A DNA stretch of 55,623 nt, taken from assembly GCA_040400605.1 (NCBI GenBank), contig JBBAPZ010000008.1, positions 68,450-124,072 on the forward strand, in the 5' to 3' direction. The stretch's first letter is position 1. Each line of letters begins with the position of its first letter. The DNA is from Candidatus Sericytochromatia bacterium (GTDB taxonomy: Bacteria > Cyanobacteriota > Sericytochromatia > S15B-MN24 > JAQBPE01). This document shows positions 48,259 through 55,623 of the stretch, one piece after another. The notes below the pieces were generated by a model. It did no database searches. It saw only the letters and a program-made list of their open reading frames with translations, and was not told the DNA's origin. Made by a program: the position numbers and the translations under genes.

Positions 48259-49179
48259 TTAGACCTCCTCCATACTCTTGCTGAGGCGCATGTTAAGCTG
48301 GGTCAGACCGAAGAGAACGAAGAAAATCAGTATCGAAAACGCGGAAGCCACGCCATACATACCGAGCGGATCGATCAACTTGTAAGCCTGCGTAACCAAA
48401 ATTTCGGTTTTACCGAAAGGATCCCCCTTACTGACGAAATAAATCACATTAAAATTATTAAACGTCCATATAGCACCCAACGTAATCGCAGGCACCATGG
48501 TCGGCCGCAGCATCGGCACCGTGATGGTCCAAAATTGCCGCCATGCACTCGCACCATCCAAACTCGCCGCCTCGTAATAATCCTTCGGAATGGCCTGCAA
48601 GCCACCAGACGCCACCATCATCATAAACGGAAAACCCAACCACACGTTGGTCATCAACACCGCCAGAAACGCGGTTCCAAACTGACTCATCCATTCAACG
48701 GGCGCAAATCCCCACTGCTGCAACAACAAATTGAACGCACCCGATTGCGCATCGAACATGTTCCGCCAGACCAAAGCTGTCACATACACAGGCACCGCCC
48801 ACGGCAAAATCAACAGTGCCCGGTAAATATGCTTGCCGCGTAAACCCTCCATGTTCAAAAGCAACGCAAGCCCCACCCCGATGCTGACATGAAACAGCAA
48901 GTTGGCCACCGTCCACACCAGGTTGAACCCCAAGGTCCACCACGGGTTAAAATCTAGATAACTCGCCCTGGTTAGGATATCGACGAAATTCCTTAATCCC
49001 ACAAAATCCGGGTTCTGGGCCCGGATGTGCATCGGGGAAAAATTGGTGAATGCCATCCAAACCCCGTACACCAGGGGGTAAAACGTGATGGCACCCATCA
49101 CGAGCGCAGCCGGCAAAATGTACAGGTACGCCAAACGGGCCTGCGGGCTCAGCAAACGATTGCGCAATGACACGCTCAT
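48259..49179 (-). CDS. malF: Maltose/maltodextrin ABC permease
   Basis: LILPWAVP, NVWLGFPFMM, LQAIPKDYYEAASLDGA, FNNFNVIY. Confidence 0.88.
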   Translation of the reverse strand: MSVSLRNRLLSPQARLAYLYILPAALVMGAITFYPLVYGVWMAFTNFSPMHIRAQNPDFVGLRNFVDILTRASYLDFNPWWTLGFNLVWTVANLLFHVSIGVGLALLLNMEGLRGKHIYRALLILPWAVPVYVTALVWRNMFDAQSGAFNLLLQQWGFAPVEWMSQFGTAFLAVLMTNVWLGFPFMMMVASGGLQAIPKDYYEAASLDGASAWRQFWTITVPMLRPTMVPAITLGAIWTFNNFNVIYFVSKGDPFGKTEILVTQAYKLIDPLGMYGVASAFSILIFFVLFGLTQLNMRLSKSMEEV

Positions 49180-50414
49180 GGCTTCTGCTCCCTCACAATG
49201 GCCAGCTTGGCTTCAAGAATCGTCTCCGCTTCCGCCAACGCCTCTTCCGGACTGGATTGGTGCGCAATCACCTGCCGGATGGCCTTATCCATCGGCTCCC
49301 AGATGAGGGACACTTCCGATTGAATCGAAACGGGCGTACCGACCGCCGCTTCAGCCATAAAAACATGTTGCGGCGACTCCGTTGGTAGCTGCACGGCATC
49401 AATCGCGGGGATATGGCCCGCTTCCTGGGCCAGCAGCCTTTGCACATCCGGTGAGGTCATATGCAACGCAAAGGCTTTGGCCCGCTCGGCCTGCGCATCA
49501 TCGCTATTGGCGTTCACCATCATGCATTTCACCCCCACCCAGGCTGCTGCCGGTTTTCCGGGTGCCAGTGCCGGCAGGCGCGCAACGCCAAGATCCGCTT
49601 TCAGCACCCGTTGGTAATCCGCAAGGGCCCAAGGGCCGTTGAGAATCATCGCCGCCTGTCCCTGTTTGTACAGTGAATCACCCTTGCTATACTCCGGACT
49701 GGTCAATATGCCAGGAGCCCGACTCATCTGGTCCAGCATCTGAAGGGTCGCACGACCGGCATTCCCGTTGAGCGCGACCTGGCCGTCAGGCGCGAACAGC
49801 TTTCCACCCTCGCCGAAGTAATAACCCATCGCATAATAAAAAGCCGCATTAAAAACCAATCCGTAAACCTGACCGTTGGTCTGAACCGACACACGCTCCG
49901 CCGCGTTAAACCACTCAGACACAGTTGCGGGCGGTTTGGGCAACAAACGTTTGTTGTAATAAAGCGCAACGGCCTCACGGGACTCAGGAACGGCGTACAA
50001 TTTGTCTTGCAGACGCAACGATGTCAGGCTACGTGGATTGAACCGGGACAGCTCCTGCGGGCTGAACCAGGTGTCGATGCGCCGCAACAGACCGGCGACG
50101 GCAAACTTACCGGACCAATCCGCGTCTCCAATCAACAGGTCTGGCCCCCCGTTGGCCGCGGCTGAGCGCAAGAACTTGTCCTTCAGCTTGTCGTAAGGCA
50201 CCTGCAAGGCCATCACGCGCTGGCCCGGGTTGCCGGCTTCAAAACGTTGAATCACCTGCCGCAACGCCGTGAGTTCTTGCCCACCCCAAGCATGCCACAG
50301 CGTCAGCGTGGTGGCATCGCCTGTACCGGAACATGCGCTCACAGTACCAAGCAGAACGAGGCACAGACCCCGTGCAAGGCGAGCAGCGTTGCGAAGGAGG
50401 GCGGTTTTGCGCAA
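49176..50414 (-). CDS. malE: Maltose/maltodextrin-binding lipoprotein
   Basis: Lipobox VSAC, TLWH, GPDL, ALYYNK, AMILNGPW, WVGVK. Confidence 0.85.
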   Translation of the reverse strand: MRKTALLRNAARLARGLCLVLLGTVSACSGTGDATTLTLWHAWGGQELTALRQVIQRFEAGNPGQRVMALQVPYDKLKDKFLRSAAANGGPDLLIGDADWSGKFAVAGLLRRIDTWFSPQELSRFNPRSLTSLRLQDKLYAVPESREAVALYYNKRLLPKPPATVSEWFNAAERVSVQTNGQVYGLVFNAAFYYAMGYYFGEGGKLFAPDGQVALNGNAGRATLQMLDQMSRAPGILTSPEYSKGDSLYKQGQAAMILNGPWALADYQRVLKADLGVARLPALAPGKPAAAWVGVKCMMVNANSDDAQAERAKAFALHMTSPDVQRLLAQEAGHIPAIDAVQLPTESPQHVFMAEAAVGTPVSIQSEVSLIWEPMDKAIRQVIAHQSSPEEALAEAETILEAKLAIVREQKP

Positions 50415-50417
50415 GAC

Positions 50418-51557
50418 TCAAACTCCCAGGCAAGCGGTTGTGGGATCAGCGTGATAAATCGCCCCTTCACTCGCCGGGTCAAACAGATGCAGTTCGTCGA
50501 GATCGATCAACAAAGTCAATTGGTCGCCCGACACCAACGAACTCACTGCCAAGGTTTCAACCTCCGCTATCACCGGTTGAGTCCCGACTTTCAAGTGCAA
50601 GTAGGTGCGTGAACCAGCAGGTTCAACCACTTCAACGCACGTGCGAAGCTCCGCCACGCGATCGTGGCGACGCCTGTCAGGCAAAATCAACGATTCCGGA
50701 CGAATGCCAAGCAGCACCCGATCACCCGCCCAATCAGCCAGCACGCCCGCCGGGTGCACACCCAACGCAATGGACTGTCCTTCAACTGTCAAGGTCCAAT
50801 TGGCCTCATCCCGCTTTGAGACACCAGCCGACAAAAAGTTCATGCTGGGTGAGCCGATAAAACCCGCCACAAACACGCAGTTTGGTTTGCGGTAAATCTG
50901 CTTGGGCGTATCAAGCTGCACGATGACGCCCCCGCGCATGACCGCGATGCGATCGCCCATCGTCATCGCCTCCACCTGATCATGCGTGACGTAAATGACC
51001 GTCGTGCGAATCTGCTGATGCAACCGCTTAATCTCAGTCCGCGTCTGGCCACGCAATTGCGCATCCAAATTGGACAGCGGCTCATCCATCAAAAACACCT
51101 GCGGCTCCCGCACCAAAGCCCGCGCCAAAGCGACACGCTGCCGCTGCCCACCGGAAAGCTCCTTGGGCTTGCGCTGCAACAACGCCCCAAGCCCCAACAT
51201 ATCCGCCGCCAGCGTCACCCGTTGCTGAATCTCAGCCCGCGGCGCCTTCCGCAAGGACAAACTGAACCCGATGTTGTCGTAGACACTCAGGTGCGGATAC
51301 AACGCATAATTCTGAAACACCATCGCGATATCGCGATCCTTGGGCGCGACATCATTTACCCGCCGGTCTCCGATGACGACATCACCCGCATCAGGATGCT
51401 CAAGCCCGGCTACCATGCGCAAGGTCGTGGACTTGCCGCAACCACTGGACCCGACCAAAACCAAAAATTCACCGTCAGCGATGGATAAAGATAACTGCTT
51501 GACCACCTCAACCGGGCCATAACGCTTGACCACATCGCGCAGCAACACATCTGCCAT
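50418..51557 (-). CDS. malK: Sugar ABC transporter ATPase (MalK/MsmX/UgpC)
   Basis: GSSGCGKST, LSGGQRQR, MDEPLSNLD, VTHDQVEAMT, TOBE C-terminus. Confidence 0.9.
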   Translation of the reverse strand: MADVLLRDVVKRYGPVEVVKQLSLSIADGEFLVLVGSSGCGKSTTLRMVAGLEHPDAGDVVIGDRRVNDVAPKDRDIAMVFQNYALYPHLSVYDNIGFSLSLRKAPRAEIQQRVTLAADMLGLGALLQRKPKELSGGQRQRVALARALVREPQVFLMDEPLSNLDAQLRGQTRTEIKRLHQQIRTTVIYVTHDQVEAMTMGDRIAVMRGGVIVQLDTPKQIYRKPNCVFVAGFIGSPSMNFLSAGVSKRDEANWTLTVEGQSIALGVHPAGVLADWAGDRVLLGIRPESLILPDRRRHDRVAELRTCVEVVEPAGSRTYLHLKVGTQPVIAEVETLAVSSLVSGDQLTLLIDLDELHLFDPASEGAIYHADPTTACLGV

Positions 51558-51767
51558 ACGTCGCTCTGAGCTCCCTTGCAAAACAACAGCCAAGCCCCGC
51601 ACCGACGCGAAACCAGCCCGCTTGACCCGAATGACGGCGGTACCCTTCAGGTTGACGATCCAAGCCGGCGCCTTTGCCAACGTTTGGGAATGGACCGTGG
51701 TGGATTATATACCACAGACACACAGGTATGTGACTAAAACGGAACAAATTTGACCAATGAATGCTCA

Positions 51768-51796
51768 TTGACGAGCAGGGCCAGCCTTGGTATCGT
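51768..51796 (+). promoter_or_regulatory. sigma70 promoter of tRNA-Thr
   Basis: TTGACG, 17-nt spacer, TATCGT with TG extension. Confidence 0.6.
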
Positions 51797-51807
51797 TTAG
51801 CACGCTG

Positions 51808-51880
51808 GCCGGCGTAGCTCAATTGGTAGAGCACCTGATTTGTAATCAGGCGGTTGCGGGTTCAAGTCCCTTCGCCGGCT
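51808..51880 (+). tRNA. tRNA-Thr(TGT), CCA not encoded
   Basis: GCCGGCG/CGCCGGC acceptor, CCTGA TT-TGT-AA TCAGG, GGTTCAAGTCC. Confidence 0.95.
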
Positions 51881-51889
51881 CTTGTTGTG

Positions 51890-51923
51890 AAGCCAGTTTC
51901 CCGGTTCGGGGCTGGCTTTTTTT
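51890..51923 (+). terminator. Rho-independent terminator
   Basis: AAGCCAG...CTGGCTT stem followed by a T-tract. Confidence 0.8.
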
Positions 51924-52068
51924 GTCATTGCCTCGCCTTTGGCGCAGGCTACGAGGGATCCTGTTAAATGGTTTATGATGGTTTGTTCTCAGACTTTTAA
52001 ACTGCAAGTGAACGGGATCTGGTCATTAAGGTAAAAAACTGACATTTTGGGTTCCTCGATGGGTAGGG

Positions 52069-52536
52069 GTGATGGCACCGGTGTCTTCTGGTAGCAAAAA
52101 GTTGCGAATAGCTCGGCCGTCAGATGACTTGGCTAAATTGGTCGCGTTTTATCGGGACGGACTGGGATTCTCGGTCTTGGGACGCTTCGACGATCACGAC
52201 GGTTTTGACGGTGTGATGCTCGGACACCCCGACCAGCCCTATCATCTTGAGTTTACACACCACCATGGCCATGCCGTGGGGCGGGCTCCCACGCGAGAGA
52301 ACCTGCTCGTGTTTTATTTTCCTGAAGAGGGCGCCTGGCTTGCAGCGCTCGATCGTATGCTTGATGCTGGCTTTGTCGCCGTTCCCTCTGAGAATCCCTA
52401 CTGGGATCGCCAAGGCAAAACCTTCGAGGATCCCGACGGCTACCGTATCGTCCTGCAACAGGGTGACTGGCCCCAAGCCCCAACCATGATTGATGTTGAC
52501 AATTCGTCGTTCCCGTCTGTTGACAAGTTAGGCTAA
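52069..52536 (+). CDS. VOC/glyoxalase family protein (YycE-like)
   Basis: LRIARP, FYRDGLG, HDGFDGVMLG, YHLEFT, ENLLVFY, NPYW, TFEDPDGYR. Confidence 0.88.
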   Translation: MMAPVSSGSKKLRIARPSDDLAKLVAFYRDGLGFSVLGRFDDHDGFDGVMLGHPDQPYHLEFTHHHGHAVGRAPTRENLLVFYFPEEGAWLAALDRMLDAGFVAVPSENPYWDRQGKTFEDPDGYRIVLQQGDWPQAPTMIDVDNSSFPSVDKLG

Positions 52537-52727
52537 ATAGCCATTCGACCTTTCATTGGACGAAATTCTGAAAATCAAGTGATAGCCTTGTCATCAGAAA
52601 ATACCCGTTCCACAAAACGAACGGTTTCGGTTCAAAAGCGAATGACACTCAAACGAACGCCTTATAAGCGTTTCGACCATTCTCAAATTTCACGAAGTAT
52701 CGAACGAACGTCAGGGCATTCGCCGCC

Positions 52728-52858
52728 TCAGCCCTCAGCCACTTCAAACCCCACCACGTTGCGTGCTTCCCGTTTAAACCCAATGCCAACCAACACGACA
52801 CTCACACGGGCATCCGGTACTTCTCGGCGTAGCCTTTCGCCTGTAGCTGAGCCAGGGC
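52728..52858 (-). pseudogene. Frameshifted C-terminal remnant of an AAA-ATPase/PD-(D/E)XK nuclease family gene
   Basis: ALAQLQAKGYAEKYR in one frame, then VVLVGIGFKREARNVVGFEV in another. Confidence 0.6.
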
Positions 52859-53173
52859 CAGGCAAAACGCGCGTTAATGCTGCGCGTGGTTTGCGGGTGC
52901 GAAGGGTGACGTCGTAGGCGATCGCCCAGGCAGATAGTGATTTTCGCCAGACTGGTTCTGTGTCCAACAAGTAGGACCTGTCGTGTGTTTGAGTCCGCAA
53001 ACATTGGGTATCTGCAACACAGCGTTGGGTCATCGATAACTGGTTGTCTGACGTCAATTAAAATTGCCGGCGCATGGCATCACCTGAAATGTCACCATGC
53101 TCACAACTTTGCCTCACGGAAAATGTCACTCTAACGCACGCTTGTGGCGGAAGGGAGATTGTTGGTGAGATCA

Positions 53174-53482
53174 ATGATGAGCCTGAAGGCGAAGCGGGAG
53201 TTATTGAGGCAAATCGCCGTGCGATACCGTGATGCCGGACGTCAGCAGCGCACGGTAATTTTGGACGAGTTCATTGCGGCAACCGGCTATGACAGAAAAT
53301 ACGCAATCCGCCTTTTGGGCAAACCGGTTGTTCCATCCCCGGGGCCTATCAAGCGACCGCGGGAGCGCAGCGATGGGCCGGCAATCCAAGAGGCGCTCAT
53401 CGTTGCCTGGTCTGCGGCCAATTTTATATGCGCCAAGCGGCTGGTGCCGTTTTTACCTGAACTGGTGTTTGTGACAGACTAA
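53174..53482 (+). pseudogene. Truncated transposase (N-terminus of an rve/ISNCY-type DDE transposase)
   Basis: KRELL...RY...ILDEFIAATGYDRKYAIRLL...ICAKRLVPFLPELV, then an abrupt stop; no catalytic domain. Confidence 0.75.
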
Positions 53483-53685
53483 ATGAGGCCCACTTGAGCG
53501 GTTAATTGATTGAGCAAAGGGAACCCACCCCTGCCACGTCTCCGGGTACAGTGTTGGTGTACCAGGAGCCTGTCGGCCTGACAGCCGATCGTAGCCTCCG
53601 ATCGCAACATGTCGGGCAAGTGTGCTTGTTTGTCATGGTTGGCGGCGAGAGGGTCGAAGTGGAACGCGGCGGAAGCTGGCGATGC

Positions 53686-53898
53686 TGTGGCCTCGACCAT
53701 CCGGCGCCCGGCAGCGTCCAGAACGACCGGAGCTTGCCGCAACAGGGCCTTTCGCCTCGCGCGCAGCGCTTGATCCGGTGCCAGTCGCCTGCATCGGTAC
53801 GTGTTGTGGTGGCGATCCGTCGAGCCGCGCGAATCCCCGTGCAAACAGGTAACATACGTCCGAAACGAAAGAAGATACGCCATTGGGTGATCCGGCAT
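53686..53898 (-). pseudogene. N-terminal fragment of a REP-associated tyrosine transposase (RAYT/Y1)
   Basis: AYLLSFRTY..LHGDSRGSTDR...PVVLD; similarity ends before any HUH motif. Confidence 0.6.
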
Positions 53899-53956
53899 GG
53901 GCCAGCAAGCCAGCGATTGCCCCCCACAAGCAGGATGGTGTCAGCTGTTCAGAGAG

Positions 53957-54000
53957 ACTTCATCAGTACCGCTCCCTGACGGCCGCGGTACTGATGAAGT
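53957..54000. repeat. REP-like palindrome upstream of the RAYT fragment
   Basis: Perfect 16-bp arms ACTTCATCAGTACCGC/GCGGTACTGATGAAGT around TCCCTGACGGCC. Confidence 0.7.
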
Positions 54001-54206
54001 TTCCCGTCCGATGGCACTAACTCCGACAGGCTCCTAGTGGCTGTTGTCTGAATCAGTGAATTTGATGCCCCCCTGATCACTCACAGATAAAGTATCATCG
54101 CGTGCGGGTACGAACAGAGTGTGATCCCTACGCGAAAGATTGGCTCGGGCCTGCGTTCCGGGCTTGCTTCTTTAACGCACCCGTCAAGATCATCGAAGGG
54201 TCTGGA

Positions 54207-55623
54207 ATGTTTCAATCACGTCGTCATTTGTGTTTGGCAATGGTGCTCGCCACCGTGTCCATCTCGTGTGTGAGCCAAACCGCCCCCCTTTCCCGCGCAA
54301 CTTCGCCTCCTCGTGCGTTAACGAGCAACGCGCCACCTGCGGTGATGACGCTTCGCGGGCGGGTGCTTCTGCCCGCGAGTCTTATCAGTGAAACAGGCGG
54401 AGCCCTCGTCTCTAACAATGGCGGCAGTTTGGTTGCGAAAGGTGGCGGCCTGGTCGCAAACAATGGCGGTAGTTTGGTTGCGGGGAGTCTCAGCCTTTTT
54501 GCAAATCGTGACAGTCGTCTGCTCTTGAAACCTGGCGCTAATCTGACTGGTAAGGCCGGCGGGCCGCACCGACCGATGCAAGGTTTGTTTACGCTCGGGG
54601 AGATTGAGGAGCAACCGGTCATTGGCATCACCGTCGCATTGGCTGACGCACGGGGCGTACCTTTCCGCAGTATTCCCACTGTGGTCAGCGATGCGAATGG
54701 TAACTTTGAAATTCCACAGGTGCCAAAGGGGTTGACTTACACCGTGCAGGCGGGTTTACAGACGCCCAAAGGCGACATTCAGGTGGCGTCGCTGATTGCG
54801 TCGGATAAGCCTGTGACTGTGTCGCTTGCCAGCACCCTGGTGGTGGCAGCGTTGAAGCGGGTGGATACGGACCAGTGGGGTCAGGCGAATCAAGCCACCG
54901 TCGAGCGCGTGACAGGCAGTATTGCGCAATTACTTAAACCTGAGGATGTGGGCTTGGCATTCACGGCCACGCGTGCGACGCAAGAGGGCCAGGTGCTGGA
55001 ACGTATCAAGGCGGACAGGCCGGAAGTTGTTGCCGAACTGGATACCCTGGCGAATGAGGTCAAACAGGTTTCCCAAGCCGCGCAGGCGATCGCCGCGGAA
55101 TTGCGCAGCCGTGCTGACGGGGCGCCGTCTCCGACGCTCACACCATTACCGTCGGTTGCTGCGTCCCCAGCCTCAACGACCGAATCGTTGCCGTCGGTTG
55201 CTGCATCGCCAGTCCCGACGACCACAGCGTCGCCCGAGTTGCAGCCGACACTCCCACCGTCGCCTGTCCTGTCACCAGTGCCCAAAAGTTTTGTGGTGAC
55301 CACTCTCGCGGGGTCAACAGAAGAAGGGAATGCGGATGGTTCGCTCGACGACCCTACGGACGTAGCGGTCGATGCTGAAGGGAATGTTTACGTGGCTGAC
55401 AATGGCAATCATCGTATCCGCAAGGTGAGTCCCACAGGCGCCGTGACCACCCTCGCGGGGTCGACCCTTGGATATGCAGATGGCACAGGCGCCACCGCGC
55501 AGTTTCATGGTCCTTATGGCGTGGCGGTGGATGGCGCCGGGAATGTCTACGTGGCAGACCAACTCAATCATCGAGTCCGTAAGGTAAGTCCTGCGGGCGT
55601 GGTGACGACACTGGCGGGATCGA
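54207..55623 (+). CDS. Large surface lipoprotein with LVxNNGG repeats, Pro/Ser linker and NHL repeats (runs off the window; absent from the ORF track)
   Basis: [21 protein letters not shown] lipobox, [25 protein letters not shown], in-frame [23 protein letters not shown] and VTTLAGS repeats. Confidence 0.85.
   Translation, partial: MFQSRRHLCLAMVLATVSISCVSQTAPLSRATSPPRALTSNAPPAVMTLRGRVLLPASLISETGGALVSNNGGSLVAKGGGLVANNGGSLVAGSLSLFANRDSRLLLKPGANLTGKAGGPHRPMQGLFTLGEIEEQPVIGITVALADARGVPFRSIPTVVSDANGNFEIPQVPKGLTYTVQAGLQTPKGDIQVASLIASDKPVTVSLASTLVVAALKRVDTDQWGQANQATVERVTGSIAQLLKPEDVGLAFTATRATQEGQVLERIKADRPEVVAELDTLANEVKQVSQAAQAIAAELRSRADGAPSPTLTPLPSVAASPASTTESLPSVAASPVPTTTASPELQPTLPPSPVLSPVPKSFVVTTLAGSTEEGNADGSLDDPTDVAVDAEGNVYVADNGNHRIRKVSPTGAVTTLAGSTLGYADGTGATAQFHGPYGVAVDGAGNVYVADQLNHRVRKVSPAGVVTTLAGS

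Larger units (their letters stand above)
53564..54035. mobile_element. MITE-like element bounded by 13-bp terminal inverted repeats
   Basis: AGGAGCCTGTCGG (53564-53576) and CCGACAGGCTCCT (54023-54035), with CCAG/CTAG at the edges. Confidence 0.5.

Noticed and set aside
51558..51680. 41-aa N-terminal extension of the ABC ATPase
   Set aside because: MalK-like similarity begins at MADVLL, which has a GGGAG upstream.
55149..55212. Direct repeat CCGTCGGTTGCTGC
   Set aside because: In-frame Pro/Ser linker duplication, not a CRISPR or mobile-element repeat.
1..55623. CRISPR array, rRNA, prophage or integrase
   Set aside because: No regularly spaced repeat-spacer array or such genes were seen.

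Overview
Bacterial chromosomal window of about 57% GC. It is tentatively from a non-photosynthetic Cyanobacteria-phylum organism such as Sericytochromatia. That is an inference from the NNGG-repeat lipoprotein, the CCA-less tRNA genes and frequent GCGATCGC. In order, the window holds: an FHA gene end and hypotheticals; a bat (VWA/TPR) operon; tRNA-Leu; an aminotransferase and a DksA/TraR gene; a respiratory locus; an approximately 14-kb fatty-acid/type II PKS-like biosynthetic cluster; a putative metal-uptake gene pair; a complete Wadjet (jetABCD) operon directly behind tRNA-Val; a maltodextrin ABC transporter with a debranching-enzyme homologue; tRNA-Thr followed by mobile-element debris; and the start of an NHL-repeat lipoprotein. 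The respiratory locus has an A2-type caa3 oxidase in the order III-I-II, a ctaA-ctaB fusion, ctaG, and a CydA-like/cytochrome c pair. The biosynthetic cluster has GH3, a methyltransferase, FAAL, an acyltransferase, 3 ACPs, KS/CLF, an AMP ligase, 2 KAS III, a KR, a carboxyltransferase and a hidden 52-aa ORF. The most interesting items are the biosynthetic cluster, the bd-like cytochrome c pair, and the coordinated loss of the Mg-site ligands in the oxidase. All family calls come from motif recognition by eye; no database search was run.
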